Shown here piece after piece: positions 18,163 to 28,317 of a stretch of DNA of 64,000 nucleotides. The stretch covers positions 47,882-111,881 of the forward strand of contig JBBQRQ010000002.1 in assembly GCA_038214755.1 (NCBI GenBank). The letters run 5' to 3'. This DNA comes from Verrucomicrobiota bacterium (lineage in GTDB: Bacteria > Verrucomicrobiota > Verrucomicrobiia > Limisphaerales > CANJXF01). A program made the position numbers and the translations under genes. Numbering within the stretch: position 1 is the stretch's first letter; each line of letters begins with the position of its first letter. A model generated the notes under the pieces. It worked only from the letters and a program-made list of their open reading frames with translations. It was not told the origin of the DNA and did not search any database.

Positions 18163-18259
18163 AGGTTCCTCATGTCCAATTGATTTCGATTACGGGCGGC
18201 GCGCGCGATTTTTAAAATTGCGAAACGGTTTTTTTCGTCTGACTGTTTGGGGCGTCCGC

Positions 18260-20899
18260 ATGAATTTATATTCCCCCAAAGCTGCCACGCTGATTCAACT
18301 GGCGTTGCTTTTTTTTGTCGGCATCAACGCCAAGGCTCAATTCATTCCACCGCGCGCCGACGTGATTTTGATTTCGGGAATGGCCGGTGATCTGGAAACG
18401 GAAAAGGAATATCGCGACCAACTCCATTCGTGGCTGGAATTTCTCGCGACGCAAAAACCTGCGGGCGGCATCACGGTTCTCGCGGATGTCGATCTGGAAA
18501 ATGTTCCCGTCGATTTACCGGTGAAAAAACTCAAAGCCACGCGGGAAGCATTCCTCGCGGTGGGCAAAACGCTCGCTGCTTCGACGAACAAACTATTCGT
18601 CGTGGCGTGGGGACACGGCGGTTTGCAAGGACGCACTCCGGTTTTTCACGTCCGCGGGCCGCGCCTGACGCCCGCCGATTTCAAGGCTCTCGCCGAAAGC
18701 ACGAAAGCGCCTTCCGATTGGATTTTATATTTTCGCAGCAGCGGAAATTTTGCGCAAGAACTCGCCGCGCCCGATCGCAAAATTATTTCTTCCGAAAACG
18801 AAACGATTTATGCCAGTGATCCGGTCGGCCTTTCCGTTTTGTTGAAAAAACTGAACGCCGATCCCTCGCTGGATTTTGCGAAAGGCGCCAGCGAACTCGG
18901 CTTCGGCGTCGCCAGTTGGTATCGCGACCGAAATCTTGCCCGCACTGAAGAACCAACGCTTTGGCTGGGCTCGGAAAAACCGCTGACGTTGATTTCCACG
19001 GAATCCGCAGCGCAAACCAATTCAGTTCCAAACTTAAAATCTCCGCTCCCGCTCACCAAGGATTTGCCCGCCGCCTGGAAAGAAATTCAACGCGTCGAAG
19101 CGCAAAAATTTCCCGACGCGGACGCGGTGGTGCTGAATGCCCGCCAGGTTTATACGTTGGGAAATCGTCCCGCGCTTTCCGTCGAGGAAGAACAATTCAT
19201 CCAGATTCTCACCGAGGAAGGCAAAAGGTTTGGCGATTTCGATTTCAATTATTCACCGCCGTTTGAAGACATCAATTTTTTAACGTGCGAAGTGTTGCGC
19301 CCGAACGGCGAATTGGCGCGACTCGATCCCGAGGCGATTCGCGATGCTTCCGATTCCTCTTTGCGCGATTACAAAACGGGTCAGCGAAAAATGTTCTCGC
19401 TTCCACAAGTCGGTCCCGGCGCGATTTTGCACATTCATTACACGCGAACCTGGCAGAGCTTCCCGCTGCCGCATGTCTCCACAAAAATTTCGCTGGCCGG
19501 AGAATCGCCGATCTTGCAGGAAACCATTCGCGTCAGCGTTCCGCGAAATGCGGCATTTAATTTTTCGTTCGAGAACATGGATTCGCGCGATCCTGAACTG
19601 AAACAAACCCAATACGGCACGACGTATATCTGGAATTTTAAAAATCTCGACGCTCACACGCGAGAAGCCCTTTCCCCGCTGGACGGCGAGCCGCAACTGT
19701 TGATTTCAACGTTCCCCGACTGGGCTGCCTTCACCGGCTGGTATGCGCGCCTCTGTAAATTGTCGGATGAAATCACACCGGAGATTTCCGAGAAAGCTGC
19801 CGAGTTGACGCGCGCTTGCAAAAGCGATCAGGAAAAAATCGCCGCGCTCTACAATTACGTGACCGGCTTGCGCTACGTCGCAGTGGAAATGGGCGTGAAT
19901 TCTTTTCGCCCGCCCGCCGCCGCCAATGTTTTGCAAAATCAATTTGGCGATTGCAAAGACAAGGCGAATTTTTTCAACACACTCATTCGCTCGTTGAAAA
20001 AGGAAAATCTGAATGCGCATCTCGTTCTTGTTCCGCGGTTCACTCAAGCCAACGAAGCAATGCCCGGGCTTGCGTTCAATCACGCCATTTCGCGAGTCAA
20101 ATTGGGTGACGAAGTCTTTTGGATCGACACGACCGATGATGTTTGTCGTTTCGGAATGTTGCCCCCCGGCGACTCGGGCAGAAAAGTGTTGGTCATCGAC
20201 GAACAGACCACCGCCCTGGCGCAACTGCCCAAACCGCAGGCGCGCGATCATCAACTGGTTCTTCGCGCCAAAGTGAACTGTTCCGCGCTGAACGAAAGCG
20301 AACTGCCTTTCGCAGCGGACATTTCCGGCCTCGGCTACGTCGATTACGAACTTCGCTCGCTGGCCCGTCATTTCAAAACCCATTCGGCCAATGTGCCGTT
20401 GCTGTCCGCAAAGTTTCGCATGGCCAACTCCAGTTTCAGTTTGGACAAACAAACTTATTCGCCTATTTCCGCGTTGAGCAAAAATTTCAATTTGCAAATG
20501 GATGGAAAAATTATCGGCGGGAATTCTGTTTTGCCGGCGGGAAAATCTTTCCTGTTGAAAGCGCCGTTTTGGATTCCGACCGAATGGGATGTCGCATTGC
20601 ATCGCCGGAGCGCCGGACTTTTTTTGAACCAGGGCTATCCCCTCGGACTCGAAGAATCCGTGGAGTTTGAATTGCCGCCCAATCTTAAAAATATTTCGAC
20701 GCCTGCCTCCCGCGAAAACAAGGAAGCGCCGCTGAAGTGGAAAGTCGATTGGCAACGCAACGGCACACATTTAATTGCGAAACTAAATGCGGAATTGGCG
20801 AGCGGCGAAATTTCCGCCAAAGAAGTTCCCGCGTTCCAAAATCAAATTCGTAATCTGCTTTCCGCGCTCGCCGTTGGCGCGGAGATCTCGTTACCTTGA
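18260..20899 (+). CDS. Secreted DUF3857/transglutaminase-like protein
   Basis: ATG at 18260 gives a signal peptide (MNLYSPKAATLIQLALLFFVGINAKAQ). Transglutaminase-core Cys context QNQFGDCKDKANFF. The ORF-track start at 18140 lies in the IS inverted repeat. Confidence 0.6.
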   Translation: MNLYSPKAATLIQLALLFFVGINAKAQFIPPRADVILISGMAGDLETEKEYRDQLHSWLEFLATQKPAGGITVLADVDLENVPVDLPVKKLKATREAFLAVGKTLAASTNKLFVVAWGHGGLQGRTPVFHVRGPRLTPADFKALAESTKAPSDWILYFRSSGNFAQELAAPDRKIISSENETIYASDPVGLSVLLKKLNADPSLDFAKGASELGFGVASWYRDRNLARTEEPTLWLGSEKPLTLISTESAAQTNSVPNLKSPLPLTKDLPAAWKEIQRVEAQKFPDADAVVLNARQVYTLGNRPALSVEEEQFIQILTEEGKRFGDFDFNYSPPFEDINFLTCEVLRPNGELARLDPEAIRDASDSSLRDYKTGQRKMFSLPQVGPGAILHIHYTRTWQSFPLPHVSTKISLAGESPILQETIRVSVPRNAAFNFSFENMDSRDPELKQTQYGTTYIWNFKNLDAHTREALSPLDGEPQLLISTFPDWAAFTGWYARLCKLSDEITPEISEKAAELTRACKSDQEKIAALYNYVTGLRYVAVEMGVNSFRPPAAANVLQNQFGDCKDKANFFNTLIRSLKKENLNAHLVLVPRFTQANEAMPGLAFNHAISRVKLGDEVFWIDTTDDVCRFGMLPPGDSGRKVLVIDEQTTALAQLPKPQARDHQLVLRAKVNCSALNESELPFAADISGLGYVDYELRSLARHFKTHSANVPLLSAKFRMANSSFSLDKQTYSPISALSKNFNLQMDGKIIGGNSVLPAGKSFLLKAPFWIPTEWDVALHRRSAGLFLNQGYPLGLEESVEFELPPNLKNISTPASRENKEAPLKWKVDWQRNGTHLIAKLNAELASGEISAKEVPAFQNQIRNLLSALAVGAEISLP

Positions 20900-20924
20900 A
20901 AAAAACACCCAATGAAAGGTCACC

Positions 20925-21992
20925 ATGTTGGACAATGAAATCGTTGTTCCGCCCGAAATAAGCGCGCCGCCCGTTTCCCGTCCGCCGCCGCTTCCGCCGG
21001 TCATCAACCCCGATCCCACGGCTGTTTTGGAAAAACTTCCGGCCAAGGTCAAAGCCATTCAAAACGAAATCTCCAAAGTCGTCGTCGGCCAGGACAACAC
21101 GGTGGAGGCGATGCTCAACGCGCTGTTTACGCGTGGCCATTGTTTGATCATCGGCGTTCCGGGACTGGCGAAAACTTTGCTCGTCCATGCGCTGGCGCGA
21201 TTGCTCAATCTGCCGTTTTCGCGAATTCAATTTACGCCGGACCTGATGCCGTCGGACATCACCGGCACGGAAATTCTCGAAGAAGATTTGGCGACAGGCC
21301 GGCGGCAATTCGTCTTCACGCGCGGACCGGTTTTCACGCAGGTTTTGCTGGCGGATGAAATCAATCGCACGCCGCCGAAAACGCAGGCCGCTTTGCTGGA
21401 AGCGATGCAGGAAAAAACAGTGACCGTCGCCGGGAAAAGTTATCGCCTCGAAGAACCATTCATCGTTCTTGCGACACAAAATCCAATTGAACAGGAAGGA
21501 ACTTATCCATTGCCCGAAGCGCAGCTCGACCGATTTTTATTTGAGTTGCCGATTGAATATCCGACGGCCGCCGACGAGTTTCGCATCGTCGAGCAACATT
21601 CATTCACGCCGCTAACCAAGCTGGAGCCGATTCTTAGTCGCGAAGATATTTTGCAATGGCGTGAAGCGATTGCGCAAATTCCCGCCGCGCCGAATGTGAT
21701 TCAATACGCGGTGAATCTTGCGCGCGCCACGCGGCCAAATGATCCGAAGTCGCCCGATTACATCAAGCGGTGGATTCGCTGGGGCGCAAGCCCGCGCGCC
21801 AGCCAATATCTCATCATCGCTGGTCGTGCCCGCGCCGCGATGCAAGGCCGATTCAACGTCGCGTGCGAAGATGTCGCCGCGCTCGCGCCCATTGTTTTCC
21901 GTCATCGTTTGATTCGCAGTTTTCAAGCGGACGCTGACGGAAAAACGAACGAAGAAATCATCACTAAACTTTTGCAGGACATTTCGCGCTAA
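20925..21992 (+). CDS. MoxR-family AAA+ ATPase
   Basis: Walker A GVPGLAKT, Walker B LLADEINRTPPKTQAALLEAMQE, and ATQNPIEQEGTYPLPEAQLDRF. Confidence 0.9.
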   Translation: MLDNEIVVPPEISAPPVSRPPPLPPVINPDPTAVLEKLPAKVKAIQNEISKVVVGQDNTVEAMLNALFTRGHCLIIGVPGLAKTLLVHALARLLNLPFSRIQFTPDLMPSDITGTEILEEDLATGRRQFVFTRGPVFTQVLLADEINRTPPKTQAALLEAMQEKTVTVAGKSYRLEEPFIVLATQNPIEQEGTYPLPEAQLDRFLFELPIEYPTAADEFRIVEQHSFTPLTKLEPILSREDILQWREAIAQIPAAPNVIQYAVNLARATRPNDPKSPDYIKRWIRWGASPRASQYLIIAGRARAAMQGRFNVACEDVAALAPIVFRHRLIRSFQADADGKTNEEIITKLLQDISR

Positions 21993-22092
21993 AAACATTT
22001 TCCTGTGCAGATCGCGTCCAAACACCTGGCGAAGTGCGCCGTGAAAATCGAAGAAAAATCCCATTGCGAAATGAGAAGTGGGAAGGCGTGGT

Positions 22093-22416
22093 ATGAAGCC
22101 TTTTGACCTTTTAAAATTTCGAGAGTTCGTTACGGCGGAAAAAATCGAATGGCGGAAGCACGTTCTGCAAAAGCTGGCCGAACGCGCTATCCCCCAGCAA
22201 TTCGTTCGCGATGTATTGCTGGCCGGCGAACGAATTCGGGACTACGCGGATGACAAACCTTTTCCGAGCGCGCTTTTTCTAGGGTATGTTTCCGGCAAGC
22301 CGCTTCATGTGGTGGCAGCTTGTGATGAAACGCAAGGACAGGTGTTCATCATTACGGCTTACGAACCGTCGCTCGAAATTTTTGAACCGGATTATAAAAC
22401 AAAACGAAAATTATGA
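22093..22416 (+). CDS. DUF4258 domain protein (putative toxin)
   Basis: DDKPFPSALFLGYVSGKPLHVVAACDETQGQVFIITAYEPS is a typical DUF4258 core. ATG at 22093. Confidence 0.75.
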   Translation: MKPFDLLKFREFVTAEKIEWRKHVLQKLAERAIPQQFVRDVLLAGERIRDYADDKPFPSALFLGYVSGKPLHVVAACDETQGQVFIITAYEPSLEIFEPDYKTKRKL

Positions 22417-22646
22417 ACGCGAAAGACAATCAATGCCCGCTGTGCGGCGGTAGGAAAACAAACGGCGAAACCACTTTCACGGCGGATTTAGGAAGCGGCG
22501 TGGTCGTCGTGCGGCGCGTCCGCGCCACGGTTTGCGCGCAATGCGGCGAAGAATGGATTGATGATGCGACCGCCCGCCGCCTGGAGCAGGTCGTCAACGA
22601 AGCGCGGTTAAAACACAGTGAAGTGGAAGTGACGGCCTTTGCATGA
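22413..22646 (+). CDS. YgiT/MqsA-type zinc-finger antitoxin-like protein
   Basis: CPLCGG...TTFTADLGSGVVVVRRVRATVCAQCGEEW. ATGA overlap with the upstream gene. Confidence 0.75.
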   Translation: MNAKDNQCPLCGGRKTNGETTFTADLGSGVVVVRRVRATVCAQCGEEWIDDATARRLEQVVNEARLKHSEVEVTAFA

Positions 22647-22799
22647 CTCAATCTTGAAACCAAAAACGCCCGGCGATTACGCCAGCCGATAAAGACCAAG
22701 CCTGATCTAAAAACAAATGAGTTTGTCGGCCCACTACAAGTCCGATCTAACCGACAAACCAACACCCTCATCGTTTCACGTCGTTAAAATTTTGAAACC

Positions 22800-23717
22800 G
22801 TGCAAAACGCATCCAATCGAAGTCTGGCCGATCAATTTGATCCGCGCGCGCTCGCTGCGCTGGAAGGATTGGATTTCAAAGCTCGTTATGTGATGGAAGG
22901 TTTTTTGAGCGGCTTGCACGAAAGTCCCTTTCACGGTTACAGCGTCGAGTTCAGCGATTATCGAAATTATCAACCGGGTGATGATCTGCGCCATTTGGAT
23001 TGGAAACTTTATGCGCGCACTGACCGCCTTTGCATCAAGCGCTACCTGCTGGAAACCAACGTGCAATTTTACGTCGTTTGCGACACGAGCGCGTCGATGG
23101 GCTATCGCGGTTCGCGCGCGTGGGAAACAAAACTTGGTTGCGCGCGGATAATTTCTGCGGCGATGACCTGGTTTCTGCTGAACCAAAACGACGCGGCGGG
23201 ATTGATTGCGTTCGACGAAAAAAACGAAACGCGTTTTGTCCGTCCCTCTTCGCGTTCCACCCAATTTGGTTTGATGCTCCGCGAGATGGAAAAATTGCAA
23301 CCCGCTGGCGGCGCGAGTCTCGTGAATTTGCTCACCCAAACCGCGCGTCTGGTGCATCGGCGCAGCGTGATTTTGTTTTTTTCCGATTTGCTGGAGCCGA
23401 GCGCGGAAGTCGAACTTTATTTCAAACAGCTTCGTTTTCACGGCCATGAGTGTCTTGTGTTTCAAGTGCTCGATCCTGATGAAATTGATTTTCCGTTCAC
23501 TGAATCGCATTTGTTCGAGGACATGGAGACCGGCGCGCGCCGACAGGTTTCGCCGGCGAACGCGCGGGGAAAATATCTGGAACGGTTCAACGGTTTCATG
23601 GACGACCACCGCAAATTTTTTCAAAGTTTGGAGATTCCTTTTTGCGTCATCCGCAACGACGAAAATCCGTGGCGCGCTTTAGCCCTGTTTCTTTCGGAAC
23701 GAAAAAGGCTGAAATGA
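22800..23717 (+). CDS. DUF58 domain protein
   Basis: GLHESPFHGYSVEFSDYRNYQPGDDLRHLDWK is the hallmark motif. GTG start. Confidence 0.85.
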   Translation: MQNASNRSLADQFDPRALAALEGLDFKARYVMEGFLSGLHESPFHGYSVEFSDYRNYQPGDDLRHLDWKLYARTDRLCIKRYLLETNVQFYVVCDTSASMGYRGSRAWETKLGCARIISAAMTWFLLNQNDAAGLIAFDEKNETRFVRPSSRSTQFGLMLREMEKLQPAGGASLVNLLTQTARLVHRRSVILFFSDLLEPSAEVELYFKQLRFHGHECLVFQVLDPDEIDFPFTESHLFEDMETGARRQVSPANARGKYLERFNGFMDDHRKFFQSLEIPFCVIRNDENPWRALALFLSERKRLK

Positions 23718-25750
23718 ATTTCTCATTTCTCAATCCGCTGTTCTGGATTGGCGCACTGGCGCTGGGCGCGCCGATCTATCTGCATCTCCGACGCAAGCAG
23801 CCCCAAAATCTTTTACCATTTTCCACACTCCGTTTTCTCGACGACCAACCGCAGCCGAAACAAAGTCCGCGCCATCTTCGCGATTTGTTTTTGCTGGCCT
23901 TGCGCGCGCTCGCCTTGCTGCTCTTGATTGGCGCTTTTGCGTGGCCGTTTATTCGTGAGGCGACCACCGTCGTCGTGAAAGAAAGTCGCGTTTACATTCT
24001 GGATAATTCTCTCAGCCATCAGGTTGATGATGGATTTCAAAAGGATCGAGAGCGTTTGTTGAAAGAGTTCGGCCAAGCGGGCAAGGAAACGCAAATCGCT
24101 GTCGTCGAACTTACAGCCAATCCGCGCGCCATCGTCAGTTTCGGCGACGACCACGCCGCTGCCGCGCAAAAAATTCAGCAGCTTCAACCCTCATTTCAAC
24201 GCGGCTCTTACCTTGCGGCCTTTCGGCAAGCGAACACCTTGTTGGCAAACTCACTCGGCGAGAAAAAGAAAATTATTTTGCTCGGTGACAATCAGGAAAA
24301 TCAGTGGGCGGACAATTTGAACACGCCGGCATTTCTTGAGGACGTTGAAGTCGAAATTCCTAAGACCAAATCAACGGCGCGTTCAAACGTCTCCGTGTCG
24401 GATGCGCGCGCCGAACGGATTTTTCTCGGCGATAAATCGCTCGTGCATTTTACCGCGCAAATCATTCACAAGGGAAAATTTGCTTCGGCGAAAATGTTTT
24501 TACGCGTCAACGGACAGGAATTGCTCGCGCGCGAGATCGATTTTACTGACAAAGGGGAGAACATTGTTTTTCAAACGGAATGGGAAGCTGAACCGTCGTT
24601 GCAATTGAGCGGCGAATTGAGCGTGCAAGCGGAGGGCGATTCTCTTGCTGGCGACAACAACGTCTTCTTTTCGCTCGCGCCGGTGCAGGAGGGAAAAGTC
24701 GCCATGCTGGCGCAATCTTCTTTTTTGAAACTCGCTTTGTCGCCGGAAATCATGCGTGGCCATTGGGCGGCGCGGTTTATCGAGCCAACGAAAGTTTCCA
24801 GCGAACTCGACGCGAACAACGACGCCGAAGTGCTCTGCATCGAAGCGAGCTATCTGCAATCCAGCGATGCGCGAAAATTGCTCTGGCGTTATCTCAGCAA
24901 TGGCCGTGGCGTTTTTCTGATGGTCAATCGCGTCAATCCTTCCACGAAAGGTTTTCTCAAGGAATTGGGTTTTGAAATTTTGTCGCCGGATCCGGCCAAA
25001 GCGGGCGCGGCGACTTTCCAATATATTTTTGCAAACCACCCCGTGTTCCACCCCTTCACTTCGCCGGACTACGGAAATCTTCTGGAAATAAAAGTCATCG
25101 ATCCGGTTCGCCTGCGCAGCAAACAGGCCGTGCCGCTGGTCTATTCTGACAAAGGCGAGCCGGTGTTTTTTCAAAATCTAAAACAGCCGGGGAAAATGTT
25201 TGTGTCCGCGTTCGGTTTTGAGCGCGCGCAAACTTCCTGGCCGGTGCATTCAACCTTCATTCCGTTTCTCGATCTCTGTTTGCAAAATGCGCGGCCCGCC
25301 GACACCACGCCCACGAGTTTTGAACCGGGCGATGCTTTCGCGCAAAGTTTTCCTACCAATTCCACAGTCAAGACGCTGTTGTTGCTGAAGGATCAAAAAG
25401 AACTGGACCGCGCGCCGGTGAGGAATGGAAAAGCGCAACTGCGTTTGCCGGATCAGCCGGGACTTTACCGTCTGGTTTGTGAAGGTGGAGTAGAACCGGA
25501 AAAAATCATTTCCATCAATCCGTCGCCCAAGGAATCGCAATTGATTTACGCCGCCGCGCCTCCCGCATTACAGGCGTGGCAGCTTCCGGCCAGCGCTAAA
25601 TCGTCTCCCGCAGTGCAGACAAAAACCATGGGCGCGGCCAGTTTTGCCAGCATCCGGCAACAGCGCCTCTGGTGGTGGCTTCTGCTCATCGCGCTTGCGG
25701 GATTGTTTTGTGAAACGACTTGGACAAATATTAAACGGAGGATCGCATGA
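23714..25750 (+). CDS. BatA-N-terminal-domain (aerotolerance regulator N-terminal) membrane protein
   Basis: MNFSFLNPLFWIGALALGAPIYLHLRRK. ATGA overlap with the DUF58 gene. Confidence 0.7.
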   Translation: MNFSFLNPLFWIGALALGAPIYLHLRRKQPQNLLPFSTLRFLDDQPQPKQSPRHLRDLFLLALRALALLLLIGAFAWPFIREATTVVVKESRVYILDNSLSHQVDDGFQKDRERLLKEFGQAGKETQIAVVELTANPRAIVSFGDDHAAAAQKIQQLQPSFQRGSYLAAFRQANTLLANSLGEKKKIILLGDNQENQWADNLNTPAFLEDVEVEIPKTKSTARSNVSVSDARAERIFLGDKSLVHFTAQIIHKGKFASAKMFLRVNGQELLAREIDFTDKGENIVFQTEWEAEPSLQLSGELSVQAEGDSLAGDNNVFFSLAPVQEGKVAMLAQSSFLKLALSPEIMRGHWAARFIEPTKVSSELDANNDAEVLCIEASYLQSSDARKLLWRYLSNGRGVFLMVNRVNPSTKGFLKELGFEILSPDPAKAGAATFQYIFANHPVFHPFTSPDYGNLLEIKVIDPVRLRSKQAVPLVYSDKGEPVFFQNLKQPGKMFVSAFGFERAQTSWPVHSTFIPFLDLCLQNARPADTTPTSFEPGDAFAQSFPTNSTVKTLLLLKDQKELDRAPVRNGKAQLRLPDQPGLYRLVCEGGVEPEKIISINPSPKESQLIYAAAPPALQAWQLPASAKSSPAVQTKTMGAASFASIRQQRLWWWLLLIALAGLFCETTWTNIKRRIA

Positions 25751-28314
25751 GCGCGCCAAAATCCAAAATCATCGAGGCGAATCTGGGCAGGGCGGGCGCA
25801 AAATGGAAATGGCTGCGCTTTTTCCAACAGCTCGGAACGTTGGGTAGCGTGCTCACTTTGCTCGTGTTCCTGCTCGGCCTCGCGATGCAACGAGGCTGGA
25901 TCGCTTCGCGTGCTTCGGCCATCGGGGTCGTCGTCTTGATTGTTCTCGGGGGCGGGACCGCTTTTCTGTTCATCATCGCGTTGGTCGCGAGCAAATTTCT
26001 GGCGCGCCCGTGGCTGGCGGAAAAAATTGAGCAAGGCGAACCCACCTTGCTTGATCGTCTGAACACGCTCGTTTTTTTGGAAAAACTTCCTGATAATTTC
26101 GATTCGCCATTGCAGTGGTTTCAGAAACGCATCTCCAATCAAGCGGCAGCCGTGCTTTCCGAAAAAACGCCGCGAATTCCTTTTCCCGCTCGCGCTGCGC
26201 TCATTCATAACGCCGTTTTTGTCGCCGTGCTCGTCGGCACAATTTATTTTTTCCATCGCTTTGCACCTTGGGAACAATTGCGCTCCAATGTCGAAACGAG
26301 GAACGCGTCGAGCGAACGCGATCCCGGCAATCTCGCATTGCCCGATGCCAATGCCGTCGAAGCAAAAAAAGAGTGGGGCGAAGTGCGCATCACTGATCCC
26401 GCGCAAGATTTGAAAGTGACGAAAGTGGATGCCGTGCAATTGCAAATCGAAGCAGCGGCCAGCCGGCAATTGACCAGCAATTTTTGGTTCAGCACGGTGA
26501 ATGGTCTCGCCGAAGTGTCGCACGTTTTGCCCGCATCCCCCGACCCGAAATACGCCGTGTATCAGCCGGTGATTTATGTGGATGAATTTCATTTGAGCGA
26601 CTGGGACGTGATGACTTATTACGCGCAAGCCCGCACTGGCAGCGATCAAACTTATGGCTCGGAAGTTTACTTTCTCGAAGTACGCCCATTTCGCGAAGAC
26701 ATTTTGAAAATGCCCGGTGGCGAAAGCGGTTCGGCGTATCAATGTTTGAACCAACTCACGCAACTCATCAATCGCCAGCAACATGTCGTGCGGCAGACGC
26801 ACCACTTTTTGCAAACGCCTCCCGACGCGGAAAAAATGCAGGAACAGGACCGCGAAAAACTGGCCGAGGCGGAAAAAGATTTAAGTGAAGCGACGCAGCA
26901 CCTTTACGCCGAGATGACTGTAAAAATGGAAAACAAACCGATTGGCGAAGTGCTGGATCAATTGGCCCTCGCGGAAAAAACTTTGATCAAAGCCTCTGGG
27001 TCGTTGCGGCAAAATCAAATGCCCGTGGCGAAAAATGAGGAGCGCGAGGCCTTGAAGCAATTGATCGAGACGCGGAAAATTTTTCAGAAAACGGTTTCGG
27101 ATCATCCCGACGCGTTCGACGATAAAAAAGAAAATTCTGATGATGACGCCAGCCCGATTGCCGATGATGCAAAAGACAAGTTGAAAGAAATGGCGGAGTT
27201 CCGCAACGAAGAGAAAGCGACGAAGGAATTCGTCAAACAAACTTTGGAAAAACAACAAGCGCTGGCGGCGAAAGCCCGCAAGGCGCGTGCGACGAATTAC
27301 ACTGCGCTTGCCCAACAGCAACGCGATTTGAAAACGGAACTCGAACAATTCCAAGCGCAGCATCCGCAGGTTTTCAAGCAGGTAACGAATGAATCAGCGC
27401 AAGCCACCAGCGCCATGGAAAAAGCCGCAGCTGATTTGGAAAAGAAAGTGCCTTCCGCGAAAAAGCAACCGCAAGTTGCTTCAGAAAAACTGGAGGAATT
27501 GAGCAAGGCTCTTGATGAGGAAATGTCCAATCAGCAATTAAGCAGCGCTTACAAGTTGAAAAAACTTTTAGACCAGCAGATTGGAAAACTGGAAAAGGCG
27601 GCGGAGCAACCGGACTTGCGGGAATTGAAAAAAACTGCGCAACAAGCGAAGGAGACAACGGATCAATTGAAGCAAACCGCCGAACAAAAACCGACGAGCG
27701 ATTTGTTTGGCCCTGAATTGGCGAAGTCTTTGAACAAGGAAAATAAAAACACGCTCGATAAAAAATTGGATGATCTCGCGCACGCCAGTTCGCCGGAAAA
27801 TCAGCAGGCTCTGGCGGTCAAGGCCAAGGAAAGTTTGCAGCAAGTCAGCAAAGCTTTTGAACAAAGCCAGCCGCAGGCGATGCAGCAGGCCAAGAAAAAT
27901 GATGCGCTCAAAGAAGGCGATCAAAACACTTTTGAAAAAGGGATGGCGCAATTGCAAGGACTTTTGAATCGCCTGCAAAATAACAAGCCGCTTTCGCCGG
28001 AGGATTTAAAAAAATTGCAGCAGGAAACGAGTTTTAATTTGCAAGACGGGTTGAATTCTCTTTATGGCTCGAAGGAAAATTCCAAAAAAATGTTGCTGAT
28101 GATCGAGCAGGAATTGAAGGAGAAAGGACATCCCCTCGATATCGAAGGCGTAAAAAAATTGATGGCCGAGCTGGAACATTTTTCCGCCGAAGTCAAAGAC
28201 CCTTCCAAAAAATCCGACGATCCAGTGGTGACGAATATTGACCCGACCCGTTTACCGCCAGCTTATCGCGGTCGCGTGGAAAAATATTTTCGCAAATTGT
28301 CCGAAGCCAAATAG
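25747..28314 (+). CDS. Membrane protein with a long K/E/Q-rich coiled coil
   Basis: ATGA overlap with the upstream gene. Three to four N-terminal TM helices, then about 500 aa of heptad-like charged sequence. Confidence 0.6.
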   Translation: MSAPKSKIIEANLGRAGAKWKWLRFFQQLGTLGSVLTLLVFLLGLAMQRGWIASRASAIGVVVLIVLGGGTAFLFIIALVASKFLARPWLAEKIEQGEPTLLDRLNTLVFLEKLPDNFDSPLQWFQKRISNQAAAVLSEKTPRIPFPARAALIHNAVFVAVLVGTIYFFHRFAPWEQLRSNVETRNASSERDPGNLALPDANAVEAKKEWGEVRITDPAQDLKVTKVDAVQLQIEAAASRQLTSNFWFSTVNGLAEVSHVLPASPDPKYAVYQPVIYVDEFHLSDWDVMTYYAQARTGSDQTYGSEVYFLEVRPFREDILKMPGGESGSAYQCLNQLTQLINRQQHVVRQTHHFLQTPPDAEKMQEQDREKLAEAEKDLSEATQHLYAEMTVKMENKPIGEVLDQLALAEKTLIKASGSLRQNQMPVAKNEEREALKQLIETRKIFQKTVSDHPDAFDDKKENSDDDASPIADDAKDKLKEMAEFRNEEKATKEFVKQTLEKQQALAAKARKARATNYTALAQQQRDLKTELEQFQAQHPQVFKQVTNESAQATSAMEKAAADLEKKVPSAKKQPQVASEKLEELSKALDEEMSNQQLSSAYKLKKLLDQQIGKLEKAAEQPDLRELKKTAQQAKETTDQLKQTAEQKPTSDLFGPELAKSLNKENKNTLDKKLDDLAHASSPENQQALAVKAKESLQQVSKAFEQSQPQAMQQAKKNDALKEGDQNTFEKGMAQLQGLLNRLQNNKPLSPEDLKKLQQETSFNLQDGLNSLYGSKENSKKMLLMIEQELKEKGHPLDIEGVKKLMAELEHFSAEVKDPSKKSDDPVVTNIDPTRLPPAYRGRVEKYFRKLSEAK

Positions 28315-28317
28315 GTG

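Noticed and set aside
25546-26814. 422-aa minus-strand ORF
   Set aside because: It is antisense to the start-coupled plus-strand operon gene 25747..28314. Its composition is Arg/His/Phe-rich with no motifs. The same reasoning rejects 28444..29316, 22776..23624, 19706..20770, 14601..15773, 36676..38013, 44777..45706, 60167..61078 and 9204..10004.
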